Under the pieces are notes generated by a model. The model saw only the letters and a list, made by a program, of their open reading frames with translations. It had not been told where the DNA came from and made no database searches. A stretch of 64,000 nt of DNA from Zygnema circumcarinatum SAG 698-1b. Its lineage: Eukaryota > Plantae > Zygnematophyceae. The number at the start of each line of letters is the position of its first letter. The stretch's first letter is position 1. The stretch covers positions 3,906,001-3,970,000 of the forward strand of contig CM074806.1 of NCBI GenBank assembly GCA_037447605.1, in the 5' to 3' direction. The translations under genes and the position numbers were made by a program. Of this stretch, positions 63,048 to 64,000 are shown piece after piece.

Positions 63048-64000
63048 ATGGACCTCCACCAGTTTTGCCCGTGGGATGGGCAAGAATACGAGGGCAGCGC
63101 TCCATTCTGCGCCACTTGCAGATGCCCGCGGAATTCCGGTGACAGGTGGGAGAGATACCGCCCCCCATGGCGGAAGATTCTTTATGAAGAGCAGCCCTAT
63201 GATGATAATTATACTGACGACACATTCCTGGACGCGCTCGTCACTAACCCTAATTTTGTAGAACGCGACTTTTGGTCCGTTGTGCTGCACTCCCTCTTGG
63301 TGTCTCAACAGGTATGCACAGTGGTGTTGCTTGTGTTAGTTGCGACCTATTCTATGGGAGAAATTCCTCCATTCTGTCGAACAGTTCAAGGGCATTCAAC
63401 CGCTCCAACAGAAGTCAATCTGCAACAGTTTGAAGCAATCGATGAAATGCGTCATCCCGGAACGAATGGCACTGGTGCGATTCTAGGAGAAACATATTCT
63501 CAACAGTTACTCACTGCATCTGTGAATCTTCGCGTTGATTCGTCTCCCCACTCTAGCTGCCAATGCCCGGACCGAAGATCTCTCCATGCAAGCACATTAT
63601 TGCTTCTGGATTTTACACTTTTGTTGCTCGGCTCTGCAAGCCTTTTGTTGATCAATTCAAGGTTGACCTCTTCTTCTTCTGGCAATGAGCAGCACGTTAG
63701 CAATTCAGGCTATGGTTTCACTGTCGGGTCTCAATGGCGTTATATCAGAAGCACCTCCTTCAACGGCTTCCTCTTCTTCGGCGGAACTTATGCCCTCTCT
63801 CCCATACTCCAGACTCTTGCGAGGTCAATAAGCTCTGACACCATTTGTACATCCACCATTTTTCTGTTTCTTATACATCTCTTCTTTCATGACTACAGCT
63901 ATTCACACTTAATCACCGCCAAGTTTTCAGGAAGCGTTTCACTCATGTCGGGGATCTTTGCTTCAATTCTGCTCGCTTCTCGCCTACAGTCGCACATCAG
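63048..64000 (+). CDS. PIGC: GPI-GlcNAc transferase subunit C (PIG-C/GPI2), 3'-partial
   Basis: Frame is open from ATG 63048 to the window end, which is why it is missing from the ORF track. It reads WRKILYEEQPYDDNYTDDTFL...SQQVCTVVLLV...LSPILQTLARSISSDTI...LHLFFHDYS...ILLASRL. Confidence 0.88.
   Translation, partial: MDLHQFCPWDGQEYEGSAPFCATCRCPRNSGDRWERYRPPWRKILYEEQPYDDNYTDDTFLDALVTNPNFVERDFWSVVLHSLLVSQQVCTVVLLVLVATYSMGEIPPFCRTVQGHSTAPTEVNLQQFEAIDEMRHPGTNGTGAILGETYSQQLLTASVNLRVDSSPHSSCQCPDRRSLHASTLLLLDFTLLLLGSASLLLINSRLTSSSSGNEQHVSNSGYGFTVGSQWRYIRSTSFNGFLFFGGTYALSPILQTLARSISSDTICTSTIFLFLIHLFFHDYSYSHLITAKFSGSVSLMSGIFASILLASRLQSHI

Overview
Gene-dense, intron-rich eukaryotic nuclear DNA with GT-AG introns, about 50% GC and plant-type proteins. 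It is most consistent with a streptophyte green alga or other early-diverging plant; this is an inference. I reconstructed 14 protein genes by splicing exons by eye: UAH (5'-partial), MED27, a PLAC8 protein, an ascorbate-oxidase-type multicopper oxidase, UDP-xylose synthase, an uncharacterised multi-pass membrane protein, a DUF3783-like protein, an RluA-type pseudouridine synthase, Tudor-SN, mTERF, RBMX2/IST3, a DUF4050-like protein, ELC/VPS23 and PIG-C (3'-partial). The window also holds one tRNA-Glu(TTC), a decayed non-LTR reverse-transcriptase remnant, four TIR-bounded MITEs and several mini/microsatellites. The most unusual signals are: (1) a five-copy, same-orientation intergenic element with a GATGGC..GCCATC hairpin, where two copies carry a small ORF (MAMMPSNVH...YA*) conserved through in-frame indels; (2) a 21-bp-phased GTAC array inside the multicopper oxidase gene, plus GTAC clusters in several promoters; (3) a near-perfect duplicated splice acceptor and terminal-exon fragment; (4) a possible in-frame, transit-peptide-like N-terminal extension of UXS. 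Family names come from recalled motif similarity, not database searches.
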